64,000 nt of DNA from Dicyema japonicum (taxonomy: Eukaryota; Animalia; Dicyemida): contig RDEW01000020.1 in the NCBI GenBank assembly GCA_011109175.1, positions 428,514-492,513 on the forward strand, given 5' to 3'. Each line of letters opens with the position of its first letter. The first letter of the stretch is position 1. Shown one piece after another: positions 11,500 through 23,178 of this stretch. Position numbers and translations under genes: made by a program. The notes under the pieces were generated by a model. That model did not search any database. It had not been told where the DNA came from and saw only the letters and a program-made list of their open reading frames with translations.

Positions 11500-13930
11500 C
11501 TTTATTTTATTAACCCCGAAATCACGAGAAAGAGGATAAAAGTTATCGTCTAATTAAGTGATTTCGGTGTCCATACCAGTCCTTTACTGCGATTAGTTTT
11601 GGAGTCCTGGATAAATCACCACAGCGGGGAAGGTTTCATCTCATATCTCGGGCAGGTGTTCATATATAATCTGATGTGCGGTCCGATGGGATGGTCAGGA
11701 GACTTTGCCATGTTGAGGAAGTCCCGGTGACGTTCTATAAGGTATTCCATGATTGGGGGGACGTTTAGTGTTCTCCGTAGTAAAAGCAGGGAGTCATACA
11801 ATGTTATTCGTAGTGCTGCCCGTAATTCTTTTCGTTCTGAGGTAAACATCATTACATGTGACTATCCTGGTGATATATTCAGACGGTTCTTCAGGAACAA
11901 AGGACACATCTGGTTTAGTAGATCTTGCTTGGATCGTGTCGCCTCCTCGATTTTTCTATGATTCACTGCGACCACGAGATCATCCGCATAAGATAGAAGA
12001 ATCGTGTTTTTGGTGGTTGGGAATGATAGGTCACTGATGAACATGTTGAAGAGCATTGGAGACAACGGTGAACCTTGTGGAACTCCATTTGGAAGGTATC
12101 GGGTTTTGATTTTTGGTTGTTTGCCACCACTTGGCCCATTCGACCGTTGATGAAGTTAGCCAACCATGACTTTAATTTAGGGTGGATCGACGTCGTAAAA
12201 AAATTTTTGCTGTAAGGATCTTCCGGGATACTGAGTCAAAAGCCTTCTCTACATCCACTGAGACCAGCACGGTTCTCTCATGTGGATTTTGGATATTCAG
12301 GCCGTCCGAAATGAATTGAACCAGTTTTGTTAGATGAGTTGTTGTTAAGTGTCCTTTTTCCATATTGACTGAATTTTGTTCTCGTTTATTGAGAAGTTGA
12401 AAATTTGTGTTATTGTGGCCGTCGCGGAAGGGCCCAAGTGTTTCAGTTCGAGAATGGAGATGTCATCTGAGCCGCGGGACGACGAGTTATTCATTTTCCT
12501 TATTACTGAGTGCACCATTGAAGAGTCGAAGAAAGTCATGTTGGGACATTTATTTCTTCGACCATTGCCAGAACGAACATCCAGGTCTTTTGAATATGGT
12601 TTATGACTAATATTCACATAGTACTTCATAATGTCATTGGGATTGGATATGGCTCTCGATGTCCAATTAAATGTGGAGAGCACTTCTTGAGCCTCCTTAT
12701 CGATTTCCATAATACAGTGAGGGAAGTATTGTTCTTAGCTTTTCTGCGCAAAACTTCCCAACGTTCTTTGTTGTGTTTTGTGACGTTCCGTGTGATTTCT
12801 TTGTTCAGTTTTGATATCCTTTCAGTTACGTCCACTGATTGTCTTTAGAAATTCTTCAGCTTATTTCTCGTTTTGATTAGACCTTGAGTTTCAGAATCAA
12901 TTGGGTGTGATGAACGTTGAAAACGACCCATCGGAATGTATCTTTGCGAGCTCGGAGTATAATCTCGTCGAAGTATTTGACAGCAGCGTCGATAGACCCG
13001 AAGTTCTCTATCCAAAAGGCCTGGAGGTGTAGTTTAGTAAAATGTGTCAAGGCGGCTCATATTGCCTTTGAGTAGTTCACATTGGATCTAGGAGTGTTCA
13101 TTAACTTATGTTTTTATGGGATCTTCATGAAGATCGGGTTATGGTCGGTATGTAAGTCGCATATAGTATACCATGAAATAACAGCCGCAAGAGAGAGCAG
13201 CAAAAGAAATGTCTGGTAAAGTAGGGTTGTCGTCTCGACGGAGAGGGGTCCTTGTGTGTTTGCTTGGATTATTGAGAATGATCAAGTCGTCAAAAGTGTC
13301 GGATATGAGGGCTCCCAGTTGATCCAGTTGTTGATCAGCATACCACTGAGAACATTTAAATCACCGCCAATTAGCGTGCTTTCCAACTTGGTAAATCGCT
13401 TGAGTTTGGGACTGTAGCCGCTGGGGCATGACGGTGGAGGGAGTATGTACATATTGACAAATGTCAATCGGAAAGAGGGTAGGCATATTCTCAGAGTTTG
13501 ATGTTCCAGTGTGTCGTCTTGGCGGGAGGGGTCCGGAATGTCGTCCGAGATATTTCTGGCCATTATATGCTTCCTGATTATAGTAATAAGGCCTCCTCCC
13601 TTTCCATGACTTCTGTATCGTCTGAAAACGGAGTATCCCTGAAAGTTGGGGGTTGGTCGCCGTGGGTTAAGTTTCGTCTCTTGGAAAAGAGCTATATTCA
13701 CTGAGTGTTTTATGAGAAAGCGTTGTAGTTAGGCAATTTTTGTTAGGATACCATTGATGTTAATTTGTAATATGACTAGATCTGATCCAGGATTTTCCTC
13801 GACATCTCCACAGGAAAGGAGTAGGATTCAACACCATCCGCGCGTCCATGGTTCCGAGATAAGGAGTTTGTGACTATTTTCCAACACTTCTAGTGAGCGA
13901 TGCCACCACGTAGGTGAGTCACACGGCATG
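11500..13930 (-). mobile_element. Near full-length degenerate single-ORF APE-RT LINE with N-terminal 2A-like leader
   Basis: LLLSCGDVEENPGS, then LQININGI, IALFQETKL, GGGL, GGDLN, DVEKAFDSVS, QGSPLSPMLFN and YADDL. Ends TEIT* with hairpin and AT tail. Confidence 0.9.
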
Positions 13931-14199
13931 AAATTCATTTTTCATATATAAATATTATATATGCCAAGTTAAAACAATTTTGGATTTGGAAATTTGTGCT
14001 CGCGACTTGTTGAGTGTAGAAAAAATAGAAAAATCAGATAATGCAGAAAACTACAAAAAATGCAACAAAACAAGCGAAAGAAAACTAATGATTTACTGAA
14101 TGGCTTGTTCGTGGGATTTCAGCACGTCCTGTGTCGAAATAACTAATAGATTTCTGGCTGTTATTACCAATCAGCATTACAATACCTCCTATTATGGAA

Positions 14200-15250
14200 T
14201 AGGACATTCTCAACTTCATGCTATCTTTCTGAACAAGTGCTACTAGATCATCAAAAAGTACTTGAAATGATTTCAAACCTGACACATAAGAAGGCTCCTG
14301 ATCAGGATTCCTAACAGGAGTGTATTTAAAAAAGCAGTCTCTTCGGCCGACTCTGAGAATTGGGTACCATTATTTTGCTTCGCTCCATATACACTATGCA
14401 TGCCACATAGGAGAGAGAAAGAAGGGAAATTACATATGTCATTAGTAAAATAAAATATCAACAAATTCTCCTCTGGGAACTTATTGGTTGACTCTTAACA
14501 GCTTTCGTACAGATCCCAAAACTGTGAGAAGCAAACATCGACTATCTGAGACACAGATTACCAAGTGCAATACGTCGAAAACTTTTTGAAGGTGGAATCC
14601 GTGTAGCCGTGAGGAATCTTGCAGATCAGAACCGTATAATTGAGCCATCCCAACAGTCCTACGCAGCACTCGTTGAGCGAACAACCAACGATCCCGTTTT
14701 CCCTGGACACCTAATCTACTTGTTTTCTTAAGAGGACGTAAACATCTACTATTCTTTCGTTCTGAGCAGCAGCAGAGGACTTGATGACCTCAAAGAACAC
14801 ATTTCTCATAGCACGGGCTAATCTGGCGTCCGGCTAGTGTTAACTAATGAACAGGATGCTCCAGAAGCAATTCGTGACGTCATCTTCATGTAATCGTCAA
14901 AATTGATATTATAAACGCCTTCAGCAGGATACGATGTGATGTAATTTTAGAGGATTGTTTTGCATTCTCCCATGGGTGTACAATGTTCATAGCTCCCATG
15001 GAAAACTTTCCAGGCTGGTCCACAACAAATACTTCAGTACCTGGCGTCCAACAAGGAAATCCACTGGGCCCGGCCTTTTTCAGTCACAGAATTAGTCATA
15101 TCACGGGATATTGTTCAATTCCTTTAAAAGTGTAGTATTTGGATGATTACACCATAGGCTGTTATCCTACGAATGTGCTCGATTGTTTGATAAAGTTAAG
15201 AGTTCTACTAGTATTCTTTTGTCTAACTCTGAACACCTAGAAATGTGAAG
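14200..15250 (+). mobile_element. Highly degenerate CRE-like non-LTR retrotransposon RT remnant
   Basis: Translation by eye gives KIDIINAF, GVQQGNPLGPA.FS, YLDD.TIG and LN..KCEV. Boundaries are approximate. Confidence 0.6.
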
Positions 15251-15529
15251 TTAACAAACTTATATTTATAGCTAGCAAACTCAAAAGAAATAAAAGAAAG
15301 GTGCCGTGAAGAGAATTTCTGATTAGTTTCGTTTTATGAGGTGTTAAATAATAATAAATAAAATATGGTTGATGAATGTAGCTATTCACACTGTTACCTG
15401 GAAGCATCAATATTCATGGATACAGTTCAATTGACATACTTTGGCATCCCGGTTCCAATGCTGAGCAGGGACTTCAATACAGACGATGGACATTCGAAAT
15501 CCAAGAACAATTGAACAGAACGCATGCGA

Positions 15530-16090
15530 ATTAGCATGCATTGATTTAAACACTTCTATTGGATGGATAACCATTGAAGGATATACTCCAAAAAGTTGAA
15601 AGACTATTCGTGGATTGTTAAAGATTTTATGGAAAAGAACGAAACTCTAATTCTTAAGACAATGTATATGGGAGCGTGAAACCTAATTAGGATGGAAAAT
15701 GTTTACTTGAGATTAAGGAATCATCAAATTTTCACATCTGAAGATCTAACCACTTTCAGCAGCAAAGTGGCGATAGATTAGGATTGTTTATTGTTGCAAA
15801 TGCCTTAAGTGGTTTGTGTGACCGGCCTTATGTTGAAAATGATGTGGGGAGTGACCATCTTCCACAAAATATGAAATTACGAACGAGACCAGTTTTCACT
15901 ATATTTCTTGACTACAATATCAGCAACATTTATTGGAATCATTTTTGACTGATAAATGAAAAGCAATTTCAATTTCGTGAAACAAGGAATTTGGAAAGTA
16001 AATTAAAACGCTGATAGGACCCATAAGATGCTATCTTTCTTAAACAGAAAAAAAGTCGACTAAAAAATCATTAGAGGAATAATCCAAAAA
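15530..16090 (+). mobile_element. Group B LINE endonuclease fragment
   Basis: HFQQQSGDRLGLF and YVENDVGSDHLPQ, similar to 53583-54439 and 63156-63953. Confidence 0.75.
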
Positions 16091-16100
16091 TACTCTAAAT

Positions 16101-16246
16101 CAGTGGTTCTCAACCTTTTTTAATCGCCCCCGCGAATTTTTTTCGCCCCTTATTTCACAAGTCAAAAAGTAATAACTAGGGCAACCAGAAAATTGCAATT
16201 TTCAAAATAAAAATTGCAAATAAAATTTTTTTAATTGTAAACCCGT
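16101..16246 (+). mobile_element. hAT-type MITE left end, truncated by the duplicated block
   Basis: Begins CAGTGGTTCTCAACC, a hAT TIR-like sequence. The internal part resembles the reverse complement of about 59890-59960. Confidence 0.55.
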
Positions 16247-19200
16247 TTACAAAAGACAGCTCTGTATCGAACAAAAATTTATATGAAGAACGAGGCTATC
16301 CTGTTATCAAAACACAGAGGATTCTGGAGTCACTTATATCTGACATGTTAAGAACAAAGAAACTTCTACTCTGAAGAAAATGAGAATTTTAAAAGTGCTC
16401 TCAAAAACACTTAGAGACCAAACTGGTAACGATTTATGAACAATTTATCCGACCCACAATGACGTTTACAAGTCCTTCGTGGGCAATGCAGATTTCACGA
16501 TCCTCCTCATTGAAACTATCCACACTCGAAGAGACGGCAATAAGGTTAATTGGACCAAAGCACAAAATCCAGCCCATTGAAAATTTCTTAATCGAATTAC
16601 AACGGAAACTCTTAAAGGAGGCTAGTTTACCGAGCTTCTTTCTATTCCATACACTATCGAAATATCTACATTCATACAGAAAATTTGAGCCGATGCCATG
16701 TCCAATGAGAAGAGCTGTTCAGGATTCTCAAACCCGCCGGACTCGTCCTCCCCTTGTCGGTCTTATTATTGAGGTATACCATTCAGGCATAAAGAGTCTG
16801 GATGGGGAAAAGCAAATGGTTCTTTTTGGTGTATTATTACACTGAGCGCCACCACAAAAGGTGAACCACATGACACCACGAGACAAACTCATCCGGTCTT
16901 GGATCACTTAGTTAGTTGAAAACTTTTATTTCTTTCTCTGACCCAGTGATCTTGGGGGTAATAATAATTAAATAAATTGGAAATTAAATAACATTTGTTA
17001 AAATTCAAAATTCCACGTTTAATTGTCTTTGTTGTTAGGCATATGATGATTTGTAAGCAAGCCAGTCATGATTCTGACAATTTGATGATTTGCTTCCTGA
17101 TGCCACTCAATCGTAGTAGATGTCATCCATATTCTAGTATCCTTTAAGTATGACTCACCTTTTATTTTATATTGCATCCTTACTCAATTGGTGTGCATAG
17201 TACCCACATTTTAAAGAATATCTCGATTTGGTGCCTTAACATAATTCAGTCTGGAAATATTGGATCTTAATTTCCTTTCCTTAATTCGCTCACGACTTCT
17301 TTTATAATTAAATTTTGTTAAAAGATCAAGGATCGATTAGTTAAGGTAAAAACTCCGTGGACGGACATCTTGAACTATTGTCCGTTATGGGCTTCTAGTT
17401 TTTAGTTGTTTGACAATGATGTCGTAGTGGTTGCCTTTGTTTTAGTTTGGGTAGAAGTGATTGAAGAGTCATAGATTGGGGATTATGGCATGTGATTCTG
17501 TGGTGGTTACTGGATTGAGAATATGTCCCTTAACCACAATCCACTTGCTTAGGCCAAAAGTATGTGAAATTGTCTATGGTAATTACATTATTCCATCGCT
17601 GCTGTCCCAGGTCAACCATGACTCTCATTATGTTTGGCTGAATAATCGTTAATTACTATTCTTTATTCGATTTTTAGTCATTGAGGATTTGTTTGGGGAG
17701 CTATAAGTCGTAGATGAGAGAATGTAACATTTCTTTTATGGCCCAAGTGGCGGTTTGATAATATGTATTTCCGGGGGGAATTACAATATGATCCACAGGA
17801 TAGCAGTTTTCGCAAAAGACATCTTTTTGATATCACGTTGACACTCATTACTCTGCCTTTTCATGACACTCATTCTTGGAAGTAAACCAACCAATGTACG
17901 GATAATGTTGGTTTTAATATTCGGAAGTTTATATTCTGTCATGTCCTCTAGAGAATTCCGTTACGTGCAATAGTTAGTAAACCTCCACCAAGTTTTCAAA
18001 AATGTCTACACTACCAAGGGGGATTTAAGTGTTAGGTTTCCATATGATGTCTTTTGCGATTTCTCTCTATTCAAAGATCTTGTTCTTGACTTCATTGATA
18101 TTAGATGGGCAATTGTCAATGACCCCGGTTTATATTCACCATCCCCACTTGCTGGTCCATTTGATTTAGAGGATATAGAAATTGCGACTCTTTCCAACCA
18201 AGTGATTTATAATTTGCATCCATCTTTTCACACATCTTTGCAAAAAGTTTAGACTTTAAAAAACTGTGTGAATAATCTTATCTAAAGATATCCCGCCATG
18301 CTGCTATGAAAAAAATTCTGATGCGTGCTCTTGAAGCTGCAGCCTTCCCGGCAGTACTGGAGCCCGTGGGATTGAATCACGGAGACAGGAAAAGACCGGA
18401 TAGGTTAACTTTCCGTTCATTGAGGGAAAATCGGGAAAATCGCTCGTTAAATAGCTTAACTGTTTTTTACTTTAATAAACTAAATGGTTATCGGCGACAT
18501 AAGAAAAATGGTTAACGGCGACATCCCAAAATATGCCAGAGAATTGCTCTTCTCTGCAAGGCTACTTGCTTTCAAAAAACCCAACGGAGGAATCCGCCCC
18601 ATTGCGGTCGGGAACTATTTTAGAAGACTTGCAGCAAAAGTAGCATCGACCATGGTGAGCAGACAACTCAGAGAGGAGTTCTTTCCTAAACAAATGGGTG
18701 TTAGTATCCAGAACGGATGTGAGGTTGCGGTTCATGCAGCAAGGCGTTTCTTCACACAGAAAAATATTTCAAATGAATGCATTGGAATCAAGTTGGACAT
18801 AACGAATGCCTTTAATTCTCTCAGAAGAGACGAAATTATGAAAACGTGTTGGAAGAGGGCTCCAAAGCTTTTCCCTCTTGTCAATCTATCCTATGGGGAA
18901 GATACGTCTTTGGTTTTTGAAAATGAAATTATTAAATCAAAAACGGGTGTACAACAAGGAGATCCGCTCGGACCTCTATTATTTGCCTTGACCATTGATG
19001 AGGTTGTGAGCTCAATTGATGCTCAGCTAAATCTCTGGTACCTCGATGATGCCACAATTGGAGGATTGTTCAAAGAAACATACAATTCATTACGTAAAGC
19101 GTTACCCGCTTTAAAACATTTGGGCTTGGACATCAATGTTAACAAATCAGAGCTAATAAATGTCTCATATCCATACACCGACTTCCTCTCTATCAAGGAG

Positions 19201-19552
19201 TCTTTTGAAGAACTGCTTCCTGGCCAGTTGATAAATTATATTTCCTCGGATGCCCACTCAGCGAAGAAGAACTCAAGAACCATCTACTTTCCAAAAATGA
19301 AGAATTAACACGCCTTGCGAAAAGATTGTCATGTTTCGACTCTCACACATCTTTCTTTCTAATGAGAAACAACATCGGACTACCCAAGCTTTTATATCTA
19401 CTCCGATGTTCACCCTGCTACGAACAATATGACATTCTACTTTCAATGGACAAGTCTCTCAAGCAAACAGTCGAGTCAATAATTAACGTCCGCTTTGACG
19501 AACTTGGTTGGAAACAATGCAAGCTTCCCTCTGGATTTGGGGGTGTCGGAAT
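16247..19552 (+). repeat. Segmental duplication, copy 1 (about 3.3 kb; copy 2 at 25720-29026)
   Basis: Near-identical sequence at an offset of 9473-9475, with identical ORF translations (274, 69, 63 and 63 aa). Confidence 0.97.
18290..19552 (+). mobile_element. CRE-like non-LTR retrotransposon RT fragment (in duplicated block)
   Basis: KKPNGGIRPIAVG, QMGVS..GCEVAVHAAR, KLDITNAFNS, GVQQGDPLGPLLF and WYLDDATIG. Confidence 0.9.
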
Positions 19553-19639
19553 TGTGGACCAATCCTTTTTGAATCCATGCTGGAACGGTTAATCGAGAAT
19601 TAAACACGTTTCATAAAAATTCAAAATAAAAAATGATAA

Positions 19640-20900
19640 CATTAATTTTTTTTCATCAAACAAAATAAGCTGATAGAATGGATTATTTTCCTGACAACTG
19701 CCAGAGAAATCCTTAAAACAACCATTCGGTTTCCTGACGCTCATTACTAAATTTCAAAATCATTGACCATCAATCTTAGAAAAAGGGCCGTCTTGGGCCT
19801 GAAGACTCCACACGTCTCGAAAACAACGGGCTGTTCATGGAAACTTGTGGAGAAGCTGTCGCATTTTTTTATCTCGAAAATTTCGAAAGTCCGAGCACTC
19901 TCCCAAGCTTTCAACGCGGAATAAGCAAGTCTTGAATGGGAAAAAGTGTCGATAAACGCCCCATCCCAAATCAAGCATTTCCCATAAGGGAAGGGGAAGA
20001 CAGTTACTCCGTCAGGGCACTTTCCATCTCTAAAATCCAGGCCCACCAGGATTCAGAAACGAAGGAAATCCAGCCACCTTAAGAAAGCGCTTCACCCCCG
20101 TTGATGGCTGCATGCCTCGGGAACCGACCTTTGCTGAGACATTAATATTATCAATTTTTTGGATAAAATCTAATTTTTTTAAAAAATTAAATAATTAAGT
20201 TTTTGCAAAAAGGATTGCGTATGCGTTTCCACGTAATACTGCAATCCCGACTCGTTGCTTTATCCTGAACGATTCGCGGGGTTCTTTTTTCGGCTCGCTA
20301 GTTTCCCTTTTATTTCTTTCAGAAAAGCCGCAGTGACTAATCCTACGGCTCCCGACGTCTCTATGGCCACTGGTGTGAATCGGTCTAAATGGTCTAATAC
20401 TTTTGGATCTTAACCGATTCTGCGGCGTTGGCAGCTGGATCTTATTCTAGGTCTCTGAGCAGATCTCAGTAGGAACGAAATGAAGAAAGTTTCTACACAG
20501 GTTACATCCAGACCAATGATTTCCGTGTTAATGTGGGGAAAGCGTTATTCCGTCTGGCCTCTTGTCATCTTCAGTCCAACAGGCTACAGTTGAGCTGGGA
20601 AGCCTGCTGCTTTGAGGGTTCGCAGAATAACATTATTAAATGCGGCATAACGAGTTGAGCGACCTGCATTCCTTTTGTAAGACAAAGGATGCAGGTTTTT
20701 GGTGTCAACTGTCGATAGATATCTTCAGAGTGGTTTCAAAAGTAGTAGGTATGCAAAGGTCGTCCGGAGAGTTTAGATGTTTCCTCCTTAGCATATCAAG
20801 AACAGTTGAGACGGCGAAAAGACTGTATCATCCGAAGCAATTTTTTGGAAAAATGTGGCGGATCGAGGATTTTGTTAGGTAAAAATGTATCTTTTGATTT
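19640..20900 (-). mobile_element. Two tandem 3' fragments of CRE-like elements (RLE domain)
   Basis: GLDFRDGKCPDGVTVFP...LIWD...DTFS (19747-20046). A second copy at about 20170-20900 has the GLK..RGQT-type PDG region, DVTCV and RVGIAVLRGNA. Confidence 0.75.
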
Positions 20901-21216
20901 GATGGCAGATTCTAGGGGATTTATTGTATATGTCAATAGTTAACCACTAATTAGATGTATATCTACATTCCACAGAAGTAGAACCATTGGAAAGGTAAGA
21001 AAACATCCAGTCACTGGGAATCCATCAAATGGATTGAAAAGAACAAATGATCATTTTCGTGCCATTTTGGAATCGATGGACAGCTGCATCAAGTGACACA
21101 TTAGAAAAAACTTTAACCAAGTAGAGAGAACCTGAGACCGTTTTCATAGTATAACACACTAACCACTAAACTCCTAGTTATTATGAGACATACTACGAAA
21201 ACAAAACGCACATAAA

Positions 21217-23046
21217 CTAATCAATATTATTTAAATAGCGAATATAATCCTCAATATGACCATTCATAGCCTTCCCAATCAGTAATACATTATCCTTAGA
21301 AATCCACCTCATCAACTTAGCAACAGACGAGAATACCCCACATCCACGTTGGTTGTCATACTTATAAGTACTCAGTGTAGCAACCACAATCCTTGTAATC
21401 TAATCATAAACACCAAGCAAACCTCATCCTCACCCATTTCACTGCAGTACGGCAGCAGCTGAAGACAACATAAACCAACGTCATCTCTCCCAATAGATTC
21501 TCTAGCCGCGGATACAAGCTACAATAAGCTTCCCCAATACAGCTAATAAGCAGTCCTGCTTAACCCACGTGGCATTTCTTCTACATACTAAAACAGCAGC
21601 CTCCAAAACCCTAGCCAGAGACCTATCATCCACAGACCGTACTGCTGAACATAGCAGTTTGCCAGCCAACGAATGACCCACCGCAGAAGCCATATCCCCA
21701 ACCCCACCTACATAATCCGTCACATCATCCCCAAGAACAAGTTTCATAGCCAACACGAGTCTCCCAACAGTTGGGGACAGCACCTCATAGGTACTCAGAC
21801 CTACCACAGAAGCGATAAAATTCAGAACTCCAGTCTTCTCCCAATCAGAGAGCAAATAGAAGCGATTAATAGCGAATCTATACAAGTGGGGACATTCCAA
21901 GGAAGAAAAGACGACAACAAGGCGGATACATCTTTCAGCCATGGTCTGGGGAGACATAATACTAGTGAGTGATCCAACTTACTCAATGCTCCTCCACACG
22001 TCGATGGCGGTTATTCTGCATATAGTGTTAGCTGAGGTGATCTGTTCTACCAGTTTGTGGTACTAAAGTAAGGACAATCACTACCATGACGTCTCTCTCA
22101 TGGACTCGGGAGAGGACACGCACCAGAATGGAGTAGACAGGTCCCGTAAGGAAGGTAGACATAAGATCCGGGGTAAATTCGGCTAGAATTACAGGTATTC
22201 GTACAAATTACACAGAAAACGTGGTCTAAACAAACCAGGAAGTCAGCATCCACGTTCACGTAGTACAAATAGTGGGAGAAGAAAACTATTAGGGAAAGGA
22301 CAGAGGAGCTCTGGCTTAAATTGAACAGAAGAGAAGCGACATTTCCGCGGTTATTAAGCGAAGACAAGTAGTCGTCGACCACGGTAAGGTTGTATTTCCC
22401 GGTGGATAAGGCTGAGGAGAACAAGTTCATAATGAAGTCAGCTAAAGAGGATACAGACATCCAGTCACGTGTCAACTGACCCAATTCGATGAGGGAAGAT
22501 CTGTTGTGAAAGAAAAACTAACTCTGTACAAACCACAATCTGGGAATGAATAACTTCCGAGAGTTCTTGAAGGATGGTTGGAGATATCTCGGAGTTTTGC
22601 CACTTACTGATAAGTCTGAATCGTAGGTACAACTTACTGGATGAAGAATGTGTGAATATAATCGGCACGAGTTTTCAGGAGAGTCAGAACCAGTTGGGGA
22701 GTGAGATTGTCTGGAGGTTGTGAGTCTATAAAATAAATCATATCCTTTGGTGTGAATTGAGACTACCTTGGATATATTGATGAGAAGTGTGCTCACTATG
22801 GAGTCGTTGATTATGTGAGATATGGTTGTTAGGTGGGCTAGTATGTAAAGGATCCTATTCAGGGTGTCATTTTTGGGGATGAAATTTTCGAAAAGGATGA
22901 TTAGTTCCTTAAATGAGTTTGTTATATACCTCATTGGGATGGAGGACTCTAGTATATCGTTTATTATGTTTTTTGAGAACAACTTTCCGTATGAAGTATA
23001 AAGATCTTAAAATTATTAATTCTCCACCTTTTTGTACCAGATCCAT
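21217..23046 (-). CDS. Host gene with tiny introns; predicted alpha-helical (HEAT/ARM-like) protein of uncertain identity
   Basis: ATG at 23046 followed by a 22-nt GT-AG intron. Collinear minus-strand ORFs (22982-22518, 22484-22098, 21957-21502) can be joined by short introns. Stop TAG at 21217-21219. No TE motifs. Confidence 0.65.
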
Positions 23047-23178
23047 CAAGTAAACCGTTAAATTTTCCCGCGCATTAGTTAAATTGTATTTATTTTTTTG
23101 AATAACCCGGTTAAAAATTTTATTTATTTGTTAATATATTAGTTTAATAAATCATTTTTAGATTGTGGTGTCAAAAAA

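Noticed and set aside
13820-13840. Alternative genetic code or programmed readthrough (TGA upstream of both 2A motifs)
   Set aside because: The sister copy near 1370 has TGG at the equivalent site, and host genes translate with the standard code, so decay is the simpler explanation.
17985-18252. Stop-free plus-strand frame of about 88 codons without ATG in the duplicated block
   Set aside because: No recognisable motif and no convincing upstream exon; left unannotated.
16247-19552. 3' transduction by the LINE as the cause of the duplication
   Set aside because: No tail at the right junction and no TSD.
21217-23046. TELO2 or RELCH assignment
   Set aside because: Only vague helical similarity with no diagnostic motif.
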